Shown: in pieces, positions 19,267 to 30,339 of the stretch | Position numbering within the stretch: the first letter of the stretch is position 1 | How the letters are laid out: each line of letters starts with the position of its first letter | Position numbers and translations under genes: made by a program | Sequence record: MT708547.1 | Source: Klebsiella phage Muenster | DNA length: 32,000 nucleotides | Reading direction: 5' to 3' (one strand) | The notes under the pieces: model-generated | What the model was told of the DNA's origin: nothing | What the model saw: only the letters and a program-made list of their open reading frames with translations | The model's database searches: none

Positions 19267-19827
19267 ATGAATAACCAAATGCATGTTTTTAAAATTACAG
19301 TACCAGGTAAAGTACTGGATGATAAACTATATTATCAATATACCGATTTCGAAGATGTAGTAGGTGATGCTACTAAACCACCAAGTGATGCACAAACTGT
19401 TGAGAAAAGTAAGGCGTATGTTCGTATGCGTTATTTCAATATTCAACTGGCATCTCTAATGATTCCTGTGTATGCTACATTTGAACCAACTACTGCTGGT
19501 ACTTGTGCTGTTATTCCAGATACACCAGTACTGCACATTGGATACGTAAGTTATGAACCGTTCCTTAGTACTCTAAGTGATGCCGCACGTGCAGCCTTGG
19601 ATACTGAAGACAAACGCACCGCTGCCGCAGCAAGTGTTATTGAACAACTTCTAATCGACACCCTGGCTAAAGATCTGGTTGGTGAACAAGTACAAGTTCA
19701 AAAAACCACCAATCGCACTACAAGTCCACTAACAACCACTGAGGTTGATTATCGTGAAATCAGTATCGTGGAACTTGATGTTCCAGGAAGTGAAGTATTA
19801 GTTACTGTAGAATATGTAAAATTATAA
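19267..19827 (+). CDS. hypothetical protein
   Basis: ORF track starts at 19255. ATG 19267 (MNNQMHVFK) has better spacing to the gagaacaaa region. Confidence 0.55.
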   Translation: MNNQMHVFKITVPGKVLDDKLYYQYTDFEDVVGDATKPPSDAQTVEKSKAYVRMRYFNIQLASLMIPVYATFEPTTAGTCAVIPDTPVLHIGYVSYEPFLSTLSDAARAALDTEDKRTAAAASVIEQLLIDTLAKDLVGEQVQVQKTTNRTTSPLTTTEVDYREISIVELDVPGSEVLVTVEYVKL

Positions 19828-19848
19828 TTTTTCAATTGGAGTCTTGAC

Positions 19849-20037
19849 ATGCAGGATAAAAAATTCTATGATCGCATTATTGAAGATGAACAATTTTTTG
19901 ATAAAGTAATCTATGATATTGAGCATTTTATTGAAAATGCTCCAACGGTGAAAGCACGTCAACTAGGCTATGCAGTAAAACAAGGCTTAGTTGAAATCAA
20001 AAAAATTGCATCATACTATTCTGATGCTAAAAAATAA
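19849..20037 (+). CDS. hypothetical small protein (62 aa)
   Basis: Short ORF with upstream tggagt; position fits the operon. Confidence 0.5.
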   Translation: MQDKKFYDRIIEDEQFFDKVIYDIEHFIENAPTVKARQLGYAVKQGLVEIKKIASYYSDAKK

Positions 20038-20105
20038 TGCTTTACTAATGTTTTAAAATAACATATAATACAATCTTACCAATAAAAAACGGAGTAGTAT
20101 AATAC

Positions 20106-20615
20106 ATGAAAGAAATTATTGCCAATGACAAAATTATTGCTAAAACTGTTCGTTTAGTAATGGACGGTTCTAGTGAAGTAATGGCAATTGCTAAAGCACG
20201 TCAGGAAGCCGATAATTTGGGTCTTGATATTGTGGTTGTAAATAATGGGGATGTGCCTGTAGTTAAAATTGTAGACCTTAACAAATACAAATACGAACTC
20301 AAACAATCAGAAAAAGCATCTCTGAAAAAACAGCGTCAGAATGTTATCAGTACTAAGGAGATTCAATTCACTTTCGGTACTCAGGATAATGATTTGATCG
20401 TTAAGGCTAAATCTGCTACTAAGTTTTTATCAGAAGGTAAAAATGTATTAATTGTTATGAAAACCGTTGGTCGTGGAAATACACCTCAATTAGTTAAACA
20501 AAATATTGATGCGATGAATGCTTTTGTGAAACGTCTTGGTGAAGTAGACTTTATCCAAAAAGTCGAATATCAGGGCAAAAAAGTAACATGCACTGTCAAA
20601 AGTACTGTAAAATAA
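20106..20615 (+). CDS. infC-like: translation initiation factor IF3 homologue
   Basis: AKTVRLVMDGSSEVMAIAKARQEADNLGLDIVVVNNGDVPVVKIVDLNKYKYELKQSEKASLKKQRQNVISTKEIQF...DNDLIVKAKSATKFLSEGKNVLIVMKTVGRG...VKRLGEVDFIQKVEYQGKKVTCTV is collinear with both IF3 domains (VRLI..G...G..S..EAL..A...GLDLVEI.P.A.PPVCKI.DY.K.KYE; KEIK.R......D...K....+FL..G.KVK..+.F+GRE). Confidence 0.88.
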   Translation: MKEIIANDKIIAKTVRLVMDGSSEVMAIAKARQEADNLGLDIVVVNNGDVPVVKIVDLNKYKYELKQSEKASLKKQRQNVISTKEIQFTFGTQDNDLIVKAKSATKFLSEGKNVLIVMKTVGRGNTPQLVKQNIDAMNAFVKRLGEVDFIQKVEYQGKKVTCTVKSTVK

Positions 20616-21170
<555 letters not shown>

Positions 21171-21178
21171 TAATAAAA

Positions 21179-21795
<617 letters not shown>

Positions 21796-21807
21796 GGAGT
21801 AAATCCA

Positions 21808-22725
21808 ATGCCTAGTAAGAGTCAATCACAAGCACGATTATTTGCAGCAATGGCACATGATCCAGAAATTGCAAAACAACATGGTGTTTCTATGAGTACA
21901 GCAAAAGAATGGAATAAATCAGATGCAGAAATGGGTAATCTAAATAAAAGTTCTAAACTACCAAAGCATGTAAAAAAAGAAAAGACTGAAGAAAGTTCTA
22001 CTCGTGATATTCTGGATTATCTCAATAATCTGGAATTACAGGACGAAATAGAACAAGAAGAGAAAGCGGTACAGTACAGTACAGAACGCTCTAGAATGCA
22101 CCAAAAAGGCTGTCAGTGCGACGATTGTTCCAATAATGAGCACCACTATTACCCTGATGTACAACACGCCCATGATTGCTCCTGTGATGATTGTGCTTCA
22201 CATATTGAGTTACAGGAAATGCCACAGAGATTTGACGCATTTGCTGGACAAGACCGAGATGAATTCGTTGATAAAACCGCTGAAATGACAGGCAGACACA
22301 ACATGGTTCCATTTGCTGAACATGCTGATTATACTGTGTATAAAAATAAAAACGGTTCAGGGTTTATTGCTTATGACAAAGATGGTAAACAGCTTGCAGT
22401 ACTTAGTGGGTATGTGAGTGATAATGCAGTACATGGAGTACCAAATGTATTTGTTGAAGAAGCAATTGCATCCAAGACTGGTACTAAGGGTGTAATTTAT
22501 ACTATTTTCACTGATCTGTTAAATGCAGGATATAAAATTTTAAGTGATGAATTACATTCAGATGATGCAATTACTTTTTGGTCTAAATTGATTTCATCTC
22601 ATCAGGTATATGTGGTTGGTGACGGTGAAGTACTGGCTCGTGCTAATACTCAAAAATTACACAAGTATTGGAGTTCAGATGAAACAAGTCCAAGTGCAGA
22701 ATTACGTTTATTACTAGTAAAATAA
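21808..22725 (+). CDS. N-terminal DUF3008-like motif, Cys/His-rich linker, C-terminal GNAT-like domain
   Basis: MPSKSQSQARLFAAMAHDPEIAKQHGVSMSTAKEWNKSD, HQKGCQCDDCSNNEHHYYPDVQHAHDCSCDDCASH, ADYTVYKNKNGSGFIAYDKDGKQLAVLSGYV...GTKGVIYTIFTDLLNAGYKILSDELHSDDAITFWSKL. Confidence 0.55.
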   Translation: MPSKSQSQARLFAAMAHDPEIAKQHGVSMSTAKEWNKSDAEMGNLNKSSKLPKHVKKEKTEESSTRDILDYLNNLELQDEIEQEEKAVQYSTERSRMHQKGCQCDDCSNNEHHYYPDVQHAHDCSCDDCASHIELQEMPQRFDAFAGQDRDEFVDKTAEMTGRHNMVPFAEHADYTVYKNKNGSGFIAYDKDGKQLAVLSGYVSDNAVHGVPNVFVEEAIASKTGTKGVIYTIFTDLLNAGYKILSDELHSDDAITFWSKLISSHQVYVVGDGEVLARANTQKLHKYWSSDETSPSAELRLLLVK

Positions 22726-22728
22726 AAA

Positions 22729-22758
22729 ATGGGAGCTTATGCTCCCATAAATATTTTT
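22729..22758 (+). terminator. terminator hairpin
   Basis: ATGGGAGC-TTAT-GCTCCCAT followed by AAATATTTTT; less ideal U tract. Confidence 0.55.
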
Positions 22759-22786
22759 GAACAAAAACATTAAAATCAACTATAAT
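22757..22786 (+). promoter_or_regulatory. putative sigma70-type promoter TTGAAC-N18-TATAAT
   Basis: ATTTTTGAACAAAAACATTAAAATCAACTATAAT upstream of the topoisomerase large subunit gene. Confidence 0.75.
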
Positions 22787-22822
22787 TTATACGTTATAAC
22801 AAAGATACAAAAGGATTTAATA

Positions 22823-24790
22823 ATGGCTAAGAAACAAGAAAGTTCAGTACTTCAAGAACATGATGTACAACGCCTTAATGATTATCAACATGCTCGTCTA
22901 CGCAGTGAAATGTACTTAGGATCAAGAAGTATCCATGAAAGCCAAGTTCTCATTTTTGGGGAAAATTCATACCAAGTTACTAACATGGAATGGGTGCCTG
23001 CATTACTTACTGCATGTCGTGAATTATGGGATAATTCACTTGATGAGTTTAAAAAAGCCGGTACTAAAGAACCGGTACTTAAAATTGAATTTGATGAAAA
23101 TGAATTAACATTCAGTTGTATTGATAATGGACGCGGTATTCCAATTGATTATGTTCCAGATTTCAATACTAATCTCTGTACTATGGTAATGACTGAAACA
23201 AAGACTGGTAGAAACTTTGATGATTCAAAGCGTGATGAAACTATTGGTCAAAATGGTCTGGGTGGATCCGTGGCAATGCTTGTAAGTTCTAAAGCTGAAA
23301 TGGAAATACATCGAAAAGGTCGTCCATATAAAACATCAGCGTCCAATGATTCATATGATGGATTTTATAAATTCAGTCAAAATTTTAAAGAAGGTACTGA
23401 ATTTATTCCAGAAATTCAAATTTCTGAACCAGTAATTAGAAAAATTAGTTCTGATAAAACAGGAACAAGTATTAGACTAACATTTAGTCCTTCTGTATTT
23501 CCTAACAGAAAATTACCAATTGAACTGTTGTACAGCATTTTAAAAGAAATGGCATCAGCAAATCCAACATATAAAATCTTTTTGAATAATAAACGAATTA
23601 ATGTTAAACCAACTCCAGAAAAAACATTATTTAATGCATCTAAACTAATGCAACTAAATGTTAACGATGAATCTTTTAACTTTAACAGTACTTTTTATAT
23701 TATTCCAAATGCTGTTAATAATATGAATACTAATTTTCATATGCATGGTTTAGTTAATAATGCACCAGCGTTCGATGGTGGTACTCATCTAGATACATTC
23801 AAGAAACATTTTTCACTTGGTATTGCTAATGCTCTTGAAAAAGAAGCGAAGAAGCGTAAGATGAAGCCAAACCGTTCAGATATTGAAGAAGGGCTTCTGA
23901 TTTATAATGTAACTACAATGAAAGCACCTTCATTCAATTCACAAATTAAATCCAAATTAACTAACGAAAATGTAGTTAAACCAATTCAACAAGCAATGAG
24001 TACTGAATGGTTCGAAGAATTAGTTAAAAAGAATAAAGATTGGGTTGATGAAATATTTGAACGTTGTGCTGCACGTACAAATAAAAAAGATGCAGAAGAA
24101 GATCGTCGTCTTGCTAAAAAACTTCTTAAAGGTAAAGTTGCCAAACTACTTGATTCAGTTGGTACTGATCGTTCCAAATGTATTCTAATGTTGGCAGAAG
24201 GTGATTCTGCTATTTCTAACATGGCTAGTGCTCGTGATCCTAATATTCATGGTATCTTACCTTTACGTGGTAAAATTATGAATGTGAGTGGTGAAGAGAA
24301 AACAAAAGAATTAATGGATTCTGATGCATTGCATGATATCATGGCTAGTATTAACCTAGTTCCAGGTGTGAAGGCAAATCGTGATGAATTGAGTTTTGGT
24401 AAATTATACATAGCAACGGATGAAGATACTGACGGCCTTAATATAGCCGCATTGATTTGTAATTTTCTTTATAAATTCTGGCCTGAACTATTTCAGGATG
24501 CCGATAATCCGTTTGTGTATGTATTCAAAACTCCATTTATTATTCTGGAGAAAGGGAAAGAATCAAAATACTTCTATGGTTATAATGTTTCTGAATACAA
24601 TCCTGAAGATTGGAAGGGTTGGAACGCCACACGTGCAAAAGGATTGGGAACATTGGAAAAGAGTAATTTCAGAGACGCATTCACCAATAGTGTAGCGGTT
24701 GCAATTACCGATGATGGTAATTTAGGTGAAACACTGGATTTGATATTCAATAAAAAGAGAGCAGATGATCGTAAAGCATGGATGGCTTAG
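22823..24790 (+). CDS. 39: type II DNA topoisomerase large subunit (T4 gp39+gp60-like, unsplit)
   Basis: RELWDNSLDEFKKAG, CIDNGRGIPIDY, GQNGLGGSVAMLVS, ILMLAEGDSAISNMASARDPNIHGILPLRGKIMNV, YIATDEDTDGLNIAALICNFLYKFWPEL. True start is ATG 22823 after aaaggattt. Confidence 0.94.
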   Translation: MAKKQESSVLQEHDVQRLNDYQHARLRSEMYLGSRSIHESQVLIFGENSYQVTNMEWVPALLTACRELWDNSLDEFKKAGTKEPVLKIEFDENELTFSCIDNGRGIPIDYVPDFNTNLCTMVMTETKTGRNFDDSKRDETIGQNGLGGSVAMLVSSKAEMEIHRKGRPYKTSASNDSYDGFYKFSQNFKEGTEFIPEIQISEPVIRKISSDKTGTSIRLTFSPSVFPNRKLPIELLYSILKEMASANPTYKIFLNNKRINVKPTPEKTLFNASKLMQLNVNDESFNFNSTFYIIPNAVNNMNTNFHMHGLVNNAPAFDGGTHLDTFKKHFSLGIANALEKEAKKRKMKPNRSDIEEGLLIYNVTTMKAPSFNSQIKSKLTNENVVKPIQQAMSTEWFEELVKKNKDWVDEIFERCAARTNKKDAEEDRRLAKKLLKGKVAKLLDSVGTDRSKCILMLAEGDSAISNMASARDPNIHGILPLRGKIMNVSGEEKTKELMDSDALHDIMASINLVPGVKANRDELSFGKLYIATDEDTDGLNIAALICNFLYKFWPELFQDADNPFVYVFKTPFIILEKGKESKYFYGYNVSEYNPEDWKGWNATRAKGLGTLEKSNFRDAFTNSVAVAITDDGNLGETLDLIFNKKRADDRKAWMA

Positions 24791-24793
24791 GAT

Positions 24794-26503
24794 ATGAAAC
24801 ATGATGAAGTAGTTAGTATAATTAAAAAATTTGCCAATGAAGTCAAGTCCAATGGGGAATCAGTACTAAAGCAAATTAAAAAGATGGATAGATATGAAGA
24901 AGTTATTTCATATCTAAAAAGCTATTATGGTGACTATGATATTAAAGTTCTAATTGGTTCAGTACTGAATGATTTAGATACCATTCCCATTGCTGCTTGT
25001 GGGAATGTATGTAGATTTGATGGATTAAAATTGAGGTACGTATGTACCTCATATAAAATGAACAAAGAAGAAACATGTCCTGAGTGTCATATTAAATTAA
25101 AAGAAATAATGAACAACAACAGAATGCAATCTGTGGAAATGAAGTACGGTACTCCATATATATCTAAAGTTCCAGAATTTAGAGAGAAAGCAAAAAATAC
25201 AATGTTTAATGAGTATGGTGTATATAATATTTCTAATTTGGATTCTGTGAAAAAGAAAAAAAGTGATAATTATCACAATAAAAGTTTAGAAGAAAAAGAA
25301 CGTATTAAAGAAAAAAATAAGAAAAAAGTAATACAGACATATGGTGTTGATAACGTATCTAAATCTGAAATTGTAAAACAAAAGAAACTTGGTAATAAAA
25401 ATCCATTCAATAATAGTACTTTTAAAATTAAAAATATCATTAATACAACCAAACGAAGATATAATAGCATAACAGACTATTTAAAAACCAATGATAAACC
25501 ATATACACTAACTTACATGCCATTTGCATATAAAGATGACCATGTATTTCAATGTAAGTGTGGTGAAATTATAAGTTGTAAAATACAATCGTTTGATACA
25601 ATACGTTGTTATAAATGTTTCCCATTGGAAGTAAGTTCTGGTGAACTTTGGTTGAGACAAGAAATTGAAAATATTATAAGTAATACATCAACAAGTACTG
25701 AAATGTTATTAAATCAAAGGTATGATTTTATTGATAACAGAGAAATTGATATATACTTACCTGAATTGAAAATAGGTTTTGAATTCAATGGTTCGTACTG
25801 GCATAATGATGAACACAAAGATAAGTACTATCATCAGAAGAAATCGATTTCTGCAAAAAACAATGGTATCAATTTAATACATATCCATGAATCTGATTAT
25901 AATAAAATAAAAGATAAAATTGTAATGAGATTAAAACATGTATTAAACAAAAATGATAAAACAATTTATGCAAGAAAATGTATTGTAAAAGAAGTATCAT
26001 TTAAAGAAAGTGAAGTATTTTTGGATGAATATCATTTTCAACAATCATGTGTATCAGGTATAAGAATTGGATTATATTATGATAATGAATTAGTAGCATT
26101 GGCTACGTATGGAAAATCCAGATATGACAAAAAATATGAATATGAATTATTGAGATTCTGTACCAAGTATTCGGTACCGGGTGGGTTTAGTAAAATAATG
26201 AAATACTTTGAGCAAACATACAACCCTAAATCATTGATGACATATGCCGATCTGGACTGGAGTAATGGTAATGTTTATGAAAAAAATGGGTTTGAGTTTG
26301 TGAAATACACCGAACCAAGTTACTTTTATGTGGATAAATATCAAAATAAAATTTCAAGATATGATTGTCGTAAAACGGAATTATTAAAACTGTATGATTG
26401 GGCTACCAATGATATGACGGAAACTGAAATCTGTAAAAAATTAAATTACAATAAAATATATTCATCTGGAAATATCGTTTATCGTAAAATATATAACAAA
26501 TAA
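24794..26503 (+). CDS. homing-endonuclease-like protein, third paralogue, between topoisomerase subunit genes
   Basis: CGNVCRFDGLKLRYVCTSYKMNKEETCPECH, KYGTPYISKVPEF repeats, CKCGEI...CYKC, EIDIYLPELKIGFEFNGSYWHNDEH, GLYYDNELVALATYGKSRYDKKYEYELLRFCTKYSVPGGFSKIMKYFEQTYNPKSLMTYADLDWSNGNVYEKNGF. Confidence 0.8.
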   Translation: MKHDEVVSIIKKFANEVKSNGESVLKQIKKMDRYEEVISYLKSYYGDYDIKVLIGSVLNDLDTIPIAACGNVCRFDGLKLRYVCTSYKMNKEETCPECHIKLKEIMNNNRMQSVEMKYGTPYISKVPEFREKAKNTMFNEYGVYNISNLDSVKKKKSDNYHNKSLEEKERIKEKNKKKVIQTYGVDNVSKSEIVKQKKLGNKNPFNNSTFKIKNIINTTKRRYNSITDYLKTNDKPYTLTYMPFAYKDDHVFQCKCGEIISCKIQSFDTIRCYKCFPLEVSSGELWLRQEIENIISNTSTSTEMLLNQRYDFIDNREIDIYLPELKIGFEFNGSYWHNDEHKDKYYHQKKSISAKNNGINLIHIHESDYNKIKDKIVMRLKHVLNKNDKTIYARKCIVKEVSFKESEVFLDEYHFQQSCVSGIRIGLYYDNELVALATYGKSRYDKKYEYELLRFCTKYSVPGGFSKIMKYFEQTYNPKSLMTYADLDWSNGNVYEKNGFEFVKYTEPSYFYVDKYQNKISRYDCRKTELLKLYDWATNDMTETEICKKLNYNKIYSSGNIVYRKIYNK

Positions 26504-26518
26504 CAAAGAGGCAATGGA

Positions 26519-27925
26519 ATGGCTAAAAAAGAAAAAACTCAAGGTATTGATAATGCAACATTAACGCTATTAGATTACAACAGTTCTGAATATTTGAATA
26601 GCACTTCACTAGAATATTCAATGTATACATTAGATCGTGCTATTCCGGGAATTGATGGTCTAAAGAGTTCACAACGAAAAGCAATTTTTACGCTAAGTAA
26701 AATATCAGGTGAAATTAAAACAGTATCATGTGCTGGTCGCATGATTAGTGATGGTATCTATTTACATGGTGATTCATCTGCAAGTGGTACACTACAACAA
26801 CTGGCATCACCTGTAGCAAACAATTATCCACTCATTGGTAAACGTGGTGGTTTTGGTACACAGGTAAACAGTACACCAGCATCACCTCGATATACATATG
26901 TGAAGAAGAACAAAAGCACTGAAGAATTAATTCTTCGTGATATGGAAATTATTCCAATGCAAGAAAACTATGATGGTACCACTATGGAACCAACACATTT
27001 TCTTCCAATCATTCCATTATCGTTGTTTGGTAATGACAGTATGTCGGTTGGTTATAAGAGTACAATTCTTCCTTATAAAATTAAAGATATTATTGATAAC
27101 TGTATCCGTGTTATTGATAAAACTGAACTAAGAGAAATGACCCCATATTATGTATCAGTTGGTGCAAGCGAAACTGTAACTAAACTTGATGAAAACAAAT
27201 ATGAGTTCTATGGAACAGCAGAAGTTATTGATGCCAGTACCGTAAAAGTTACTGGATTGCCACCCAACTATAGCGTTGAAAAATTTGTTGAAAAATTAAT
27301 TAAGATGGGTGATGATGGTGAAATTCGTGATTATGATAATGGTAGTACTGATACCATTGATATAACGATAAAATTACCACGTGGTACATCAAGCAAATGG
27401 ACTGAAAAGGATGTGATTGATTATTTTGGTCTATCCAAGAAAATTACACAAATTCTTACAGTACTCGATGCGAATGGTCGTGTTCGTGTATATGATAACA
27501 CTTCTGACCTAATTAAAGATTTCGTTGAATTTCGTTTTGGCTATTATATTAAACGTTATGAGAAAAAAGTTAAAGATTGCACTGAAGAAGTTATATATAA
27601 AATTCTAATTAAAGAATGCTTTGATAATGATATGATTGGTAAAGTTAAATCATTTAAGAATCGTGCTGAGTTAGTTGATTTTGTAACTAAACTCAATATT
27701 GATATTGGGGCAAGTGAAGATAATATTCAAAGCATAGTTAATTATCCTTCTTATCGCTGGACACAGGAAAACTATAATGCAGTATTGAAAGATATTCAGG
27801 ATAATATGGATTTAATTGATAAGTACAACGATTTACTTAATAATAAAAATAAAATTTGGGATATCTACAAAGAAGAACTTAAAGAGCTTCGTAAGATTGA
27901 TTTTACACCAAAACAAGAAAACTAA
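26519..27925 (+). CDS. 52: type II DNA topoisomerase medium subunit (T4 gp52-like)
   Basis: YSMYTLDRAIPGIDGLKSSQRKAIFT, DGIYLHGDSSASGTLQQLASPVANNYPLIGKRGGFGTQVNSTPASPRYTYV (catalytic Tyr context). Confidence 0.94.
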   Translation: MAKKEKTQGIDNATLTLLDYNSSEYLNSTSLEYSMYTLDRAIPGIDGLKSSQRKAIFTLSKISGEIKTVSCAGRMISDGIYLHGDSSASGTLQQLASPVANNYPLIGKRGGFGTQVNSTPASPRYTYVKKNKSTEELILRDMEIIPMQENYDGTTMEPTHFLPIIPLSLFGNDSMSVGYKSTILPYKIKDIIDNCIRVIDKTELREMTPYYVSVGASETVTKLDENKYEFYGTAEVIDASTVKVTGLPPNYSVEKFVEKLIKMGDDGEIRDYDNGSTDTIDITIKLPRGTSSKWTEKDVIDYFGLSKKITQILTVLDANGRVRVYDNTSDLIKDFVEFRFGYYIKRYEKKVKDCTEEVIYKILIKECFDNDMIGKVKSFKNRAELVDFVTKLNIDIGASEDNIQSIVNYPSYRWTQENYNAVLKDIQDNMDLIDKYNDLLNNKNKIWDIYKEELKELRKIDFTPKQEN

Positions 27926-27936
27926 TAATAAAGACT

Positions 27937-27963
27937 GGAGCACATATAATAGTGCTCCTTTTT
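27937..27963 (+). terminator. rho-independent terminator
   Basis: GGAGCAC-ATATAATA-GTGCTCC followed by TTTTT. Confidence 0.8.
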
Positions 27964-27998
27964 AGTAAATACCCTATATAAAACGGGAGAAAAGAAGA

Positions 27999-30326
27999 AT
28001 GGAAAATTTTACTCCTTTATGGGATATAAAATCGGAATCTGAATTTATTCAAGAGAGTGCTGACATATTAGTAACAACAAATATTAATAAAGATCCAGAT
28101 GATAAAAACACTTCGTATGTTCTCAAGGACGGGGAATATATACTAATTCAGTTTCTAATAGAAACAAAAAATAAAGATGATACCAGTTTTGTGGCAGAAG
28201 ACCATTATACGTTGTATGCCGGTGAAGATGTTAATAATTTGAAAAACATAACCATGGGTATTACTAAAAATAAATCAATCGCAGGAAATCACTATGCTAA
28301 ATTAACAAAAGAGCAATTTGATTTAATTGATGAAAATACATCACCCATCTGGTATTTCAAATTACATTGTAAAAATAACGGAACATTTGATAGTATTGAA
28401 ATTACTACATTTACAATAGTGAGTGTAACTCGCGTTTCTCCATCTGATAGCATTACCATTGGTACAATTACAACCAGTTCACAATCTATCACTTATAACA
28501 GTACTGAATTTTGGGTAACTCCCGGTGTAGTTGTTGGTGATGATAACAATAATTATTGTATAGGTGATATTAGTTTCGGTAATGATAGTACTCTGTTTGT
28601 ACAGGCGTTTGGTCGTAAAGTACCAGGAACCACACCGAGAGTATTTTATCCAATTTATCGTTTAATGTCTATTACAGAAGATGAATTACCACAAACTGAT
28701 ATTACTGGAAAGAGAGCAATTCTTTTTCCACAAAAAGAAGAATTCCCAATTACTGGCAATAACAAAGAAGTGAAAGTGAACATTCTTGATGAAACAACAA
28801 AAACCTATGATACAGGTTTGGTGTTCAACCCAAATGGACAATTCTTACAAGCATTTTTATATGATTCATCACCATATGATTTGTATTTTAAAGTTCAAAT
28901 ACAAGATATAGAAAGTTCGTATACTAATGATAGTGAGCGTTATGCAATTTCACAAAGTTTTAAATCCGGTCAGATGTTTTTATGTCCAAGTGAATTTGAT
29001 TTCATTTATTCAAACGATGTTCCAGTCGCTAATCATTTATATCAGTTGAAATCTGGTGTTACTTACCCATATGTTGTTGACAGTGATACAGAAGACGGTT
29101 TGGAAAAACCCGTATTTAATAGTGATGACTGGGTTGATCTTGGTTTGTATGATAAAACACTGGGTACAGGGATTATTGGTGAAACAAAAATATTCAGAAT
29201 GCTTGCAAACTCTGGTACTTCTGGTAAAATTAGTTTTATTACTGATAGTGATTTGGGTACTATTCATGTAGGTGAATATTTTGGTCACAGTACTTATCCT
29301 GTTATTGAAACAGATTCTGAATTTAACGTATCTTTTAAAATAGTATCAGGTTCTGATATTACAAAATATGGACTTGAATTAAAACCAAATGGTTATTTAT
29401 GTGGTACTGCGTATGCTAAAAGTACTGATTTCACTGCAAATGATGATATCCCACTCGAATTTGAAGTTGAGGCTTATGATACTTCTGGTCTGAGAAATAC
29501 AAAAACATTCCAATTAAGAATTATTCGTGGATTTGGAGAAAACTATATAAGTTCACATTTAGTACCATCTGTACAATTCGAAAGAGAATGGTTTAAATGT
29601 ATTAGTTCTACGATATTTGGTAATCAGCAATTATTCAGAATTTCTGACGAACGATATGGGTTACAAAAAGTTCCGCGTATTCTATTAAAAGAGAATTATG
29701 TTTCACAGGATTATAATTATAATACACTAAAAGAACTAAAAAGAGTACTAAGGAAAAATATTATTGATGAAAATAATATCCCACAAGGTACTTTCAATTT
29801 AGTAATGGGTAATTACAAAGTACTATCATGTCTTGACAATTTAGGAAATTTACAGTACGATTTATTATTCAGAGAAGTACACCCATCTGGTTCTATTATT
29901 TCAGTAAGTAATAATCCAAGAAGTTATTCGATTAAAAATTATACTTCTTTGACTGAAGTTTTTGGTTTAAGACAGAATTTGTTCAATGCTATTGGAGAAG
30001 ACACTACCAATCTCATAACAGATCCAGATGATTTGAATAACAGGGGGTTATATGTAACGGGTTTGGACAGTTCACAAATGCTCGATACCGTTCCTCGTTT
30101 CATGAATCATCCATATGAAGGTGATGGTCTTAGTTCTGAATTCATGGTATTAATACCGGTTGCTTACTGTTTGCCGGGTAAAGGCGATGATTTGTTCTAT
30201 AATCTCTATCAAAACAATGAGCACAAACTTATGGTAGGTACTGAATTTGAAGTTCCAGCAGTTGAATTTATTACTCATGTTGGCTATATGAAGGAAAAAT
30301 TTCAAATTATTTTACAAAAATCTTAA
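27999..30326 (+). CDS. large structural protein, probably tail/baseplate, with cadherin/Ig-like segment
   Basis: 775 aa, beta-rich. The segment EFNVSFKIVSGSDITKYGLELKPNGYLCGTAYAKSTDF...IPLEFEVEAYDTSGLRNTKTFQLRI resembles putative-Ig/dystroglycan-type repeats. Confidence 0.55.
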   Translation: MENFTPLWDIKSESEFIQESADILVTTNINKDPDDKNTSYVLKDGEYILIQFLIETKNKDDTSFVAEDHYTLYAGEDVNNLKNITMGITKNKSIAGNHYAKLTKEQFDLIDENTSPIWYFKLHCKNNGTFDSIEITTFTIVSVTRVSPSDSITIGTITTSSQSITYNSTEFWVTPGVVVGDDNNNYCIGDISFGNDSTLFVQAFGRKVPGTTPRVFYPIYRLMSITEDELPQTDITGKRAILFPQKEEFPITGNNKEVKVNILDETTKTYDTGLVFNPNGQFLQAFLYDSSPYDLYFKVQIQDIESSYTNDSERYAISQSFKSGQMFLCPSEFDFIYSNDVPVANHLYQLKSGVTYPYVVDSDTEDGLEKPVFNSDDWVDLGLYDKTLGTGIIGETKIFRMLANSGTSGKISFITDSDLGTIHVGEYFGHSTYPVIETDSEFNVSFKIVSGSDITKYGLELKPNGYLCGTAYAKSTDFTANDDIPLEFEVEAYDTSGLRNTKTFQLRIIRGFGENYISSHLVPSVQFEREWFKCISSTIFGNQQLFRISDERYGLQKVPRILLKENYVSQDYNYNTLKELKRVLRKNIIDENNIPQGTFNLVMGNYKVLSCLDNLGNLQYDLLFREVHPSGSIISVSNNPRSYSIKNYTSLTEVFGLRQNLFNAIGEDTTNLITDPDDLNNRGLYVTGLDSSQMLDTVPRFMNHPYEGDGLSSEFMVLIPVAYCLPGKGDDLFYNLYQNNEHKLMVGTEFEVPAVEFITHVGYMKEKFQIILQKS

Positions 30327-30339
30327 AAAGGAGTGTATA

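Noticed and set aside
20064-20069. TATAAT upstream of the IF3-like gene as a member of the promoter family
   Set aside because: TATAAT is present, but the preceding -35 region (TTTACT, 17 nt spacing) lacks the TTTTTGAACA element. It could be a weak promoter, but it was not supported well enough to list.
22757-22822. N-terminal extension of the topoisomerase large subunit
   Set aside because: The extension covers the TTGAAC/TATAAT promoter and RBS. The protein most likely starts at 22823.
27999-30326. Assignment of the 775 aa protein to a specific T4 baseplate gene (e.g. gp7/gp10)
   Set aside because: The overall character is structural, but no motif seen by eye justifies a specific orthologue. 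HHpred would be needed.
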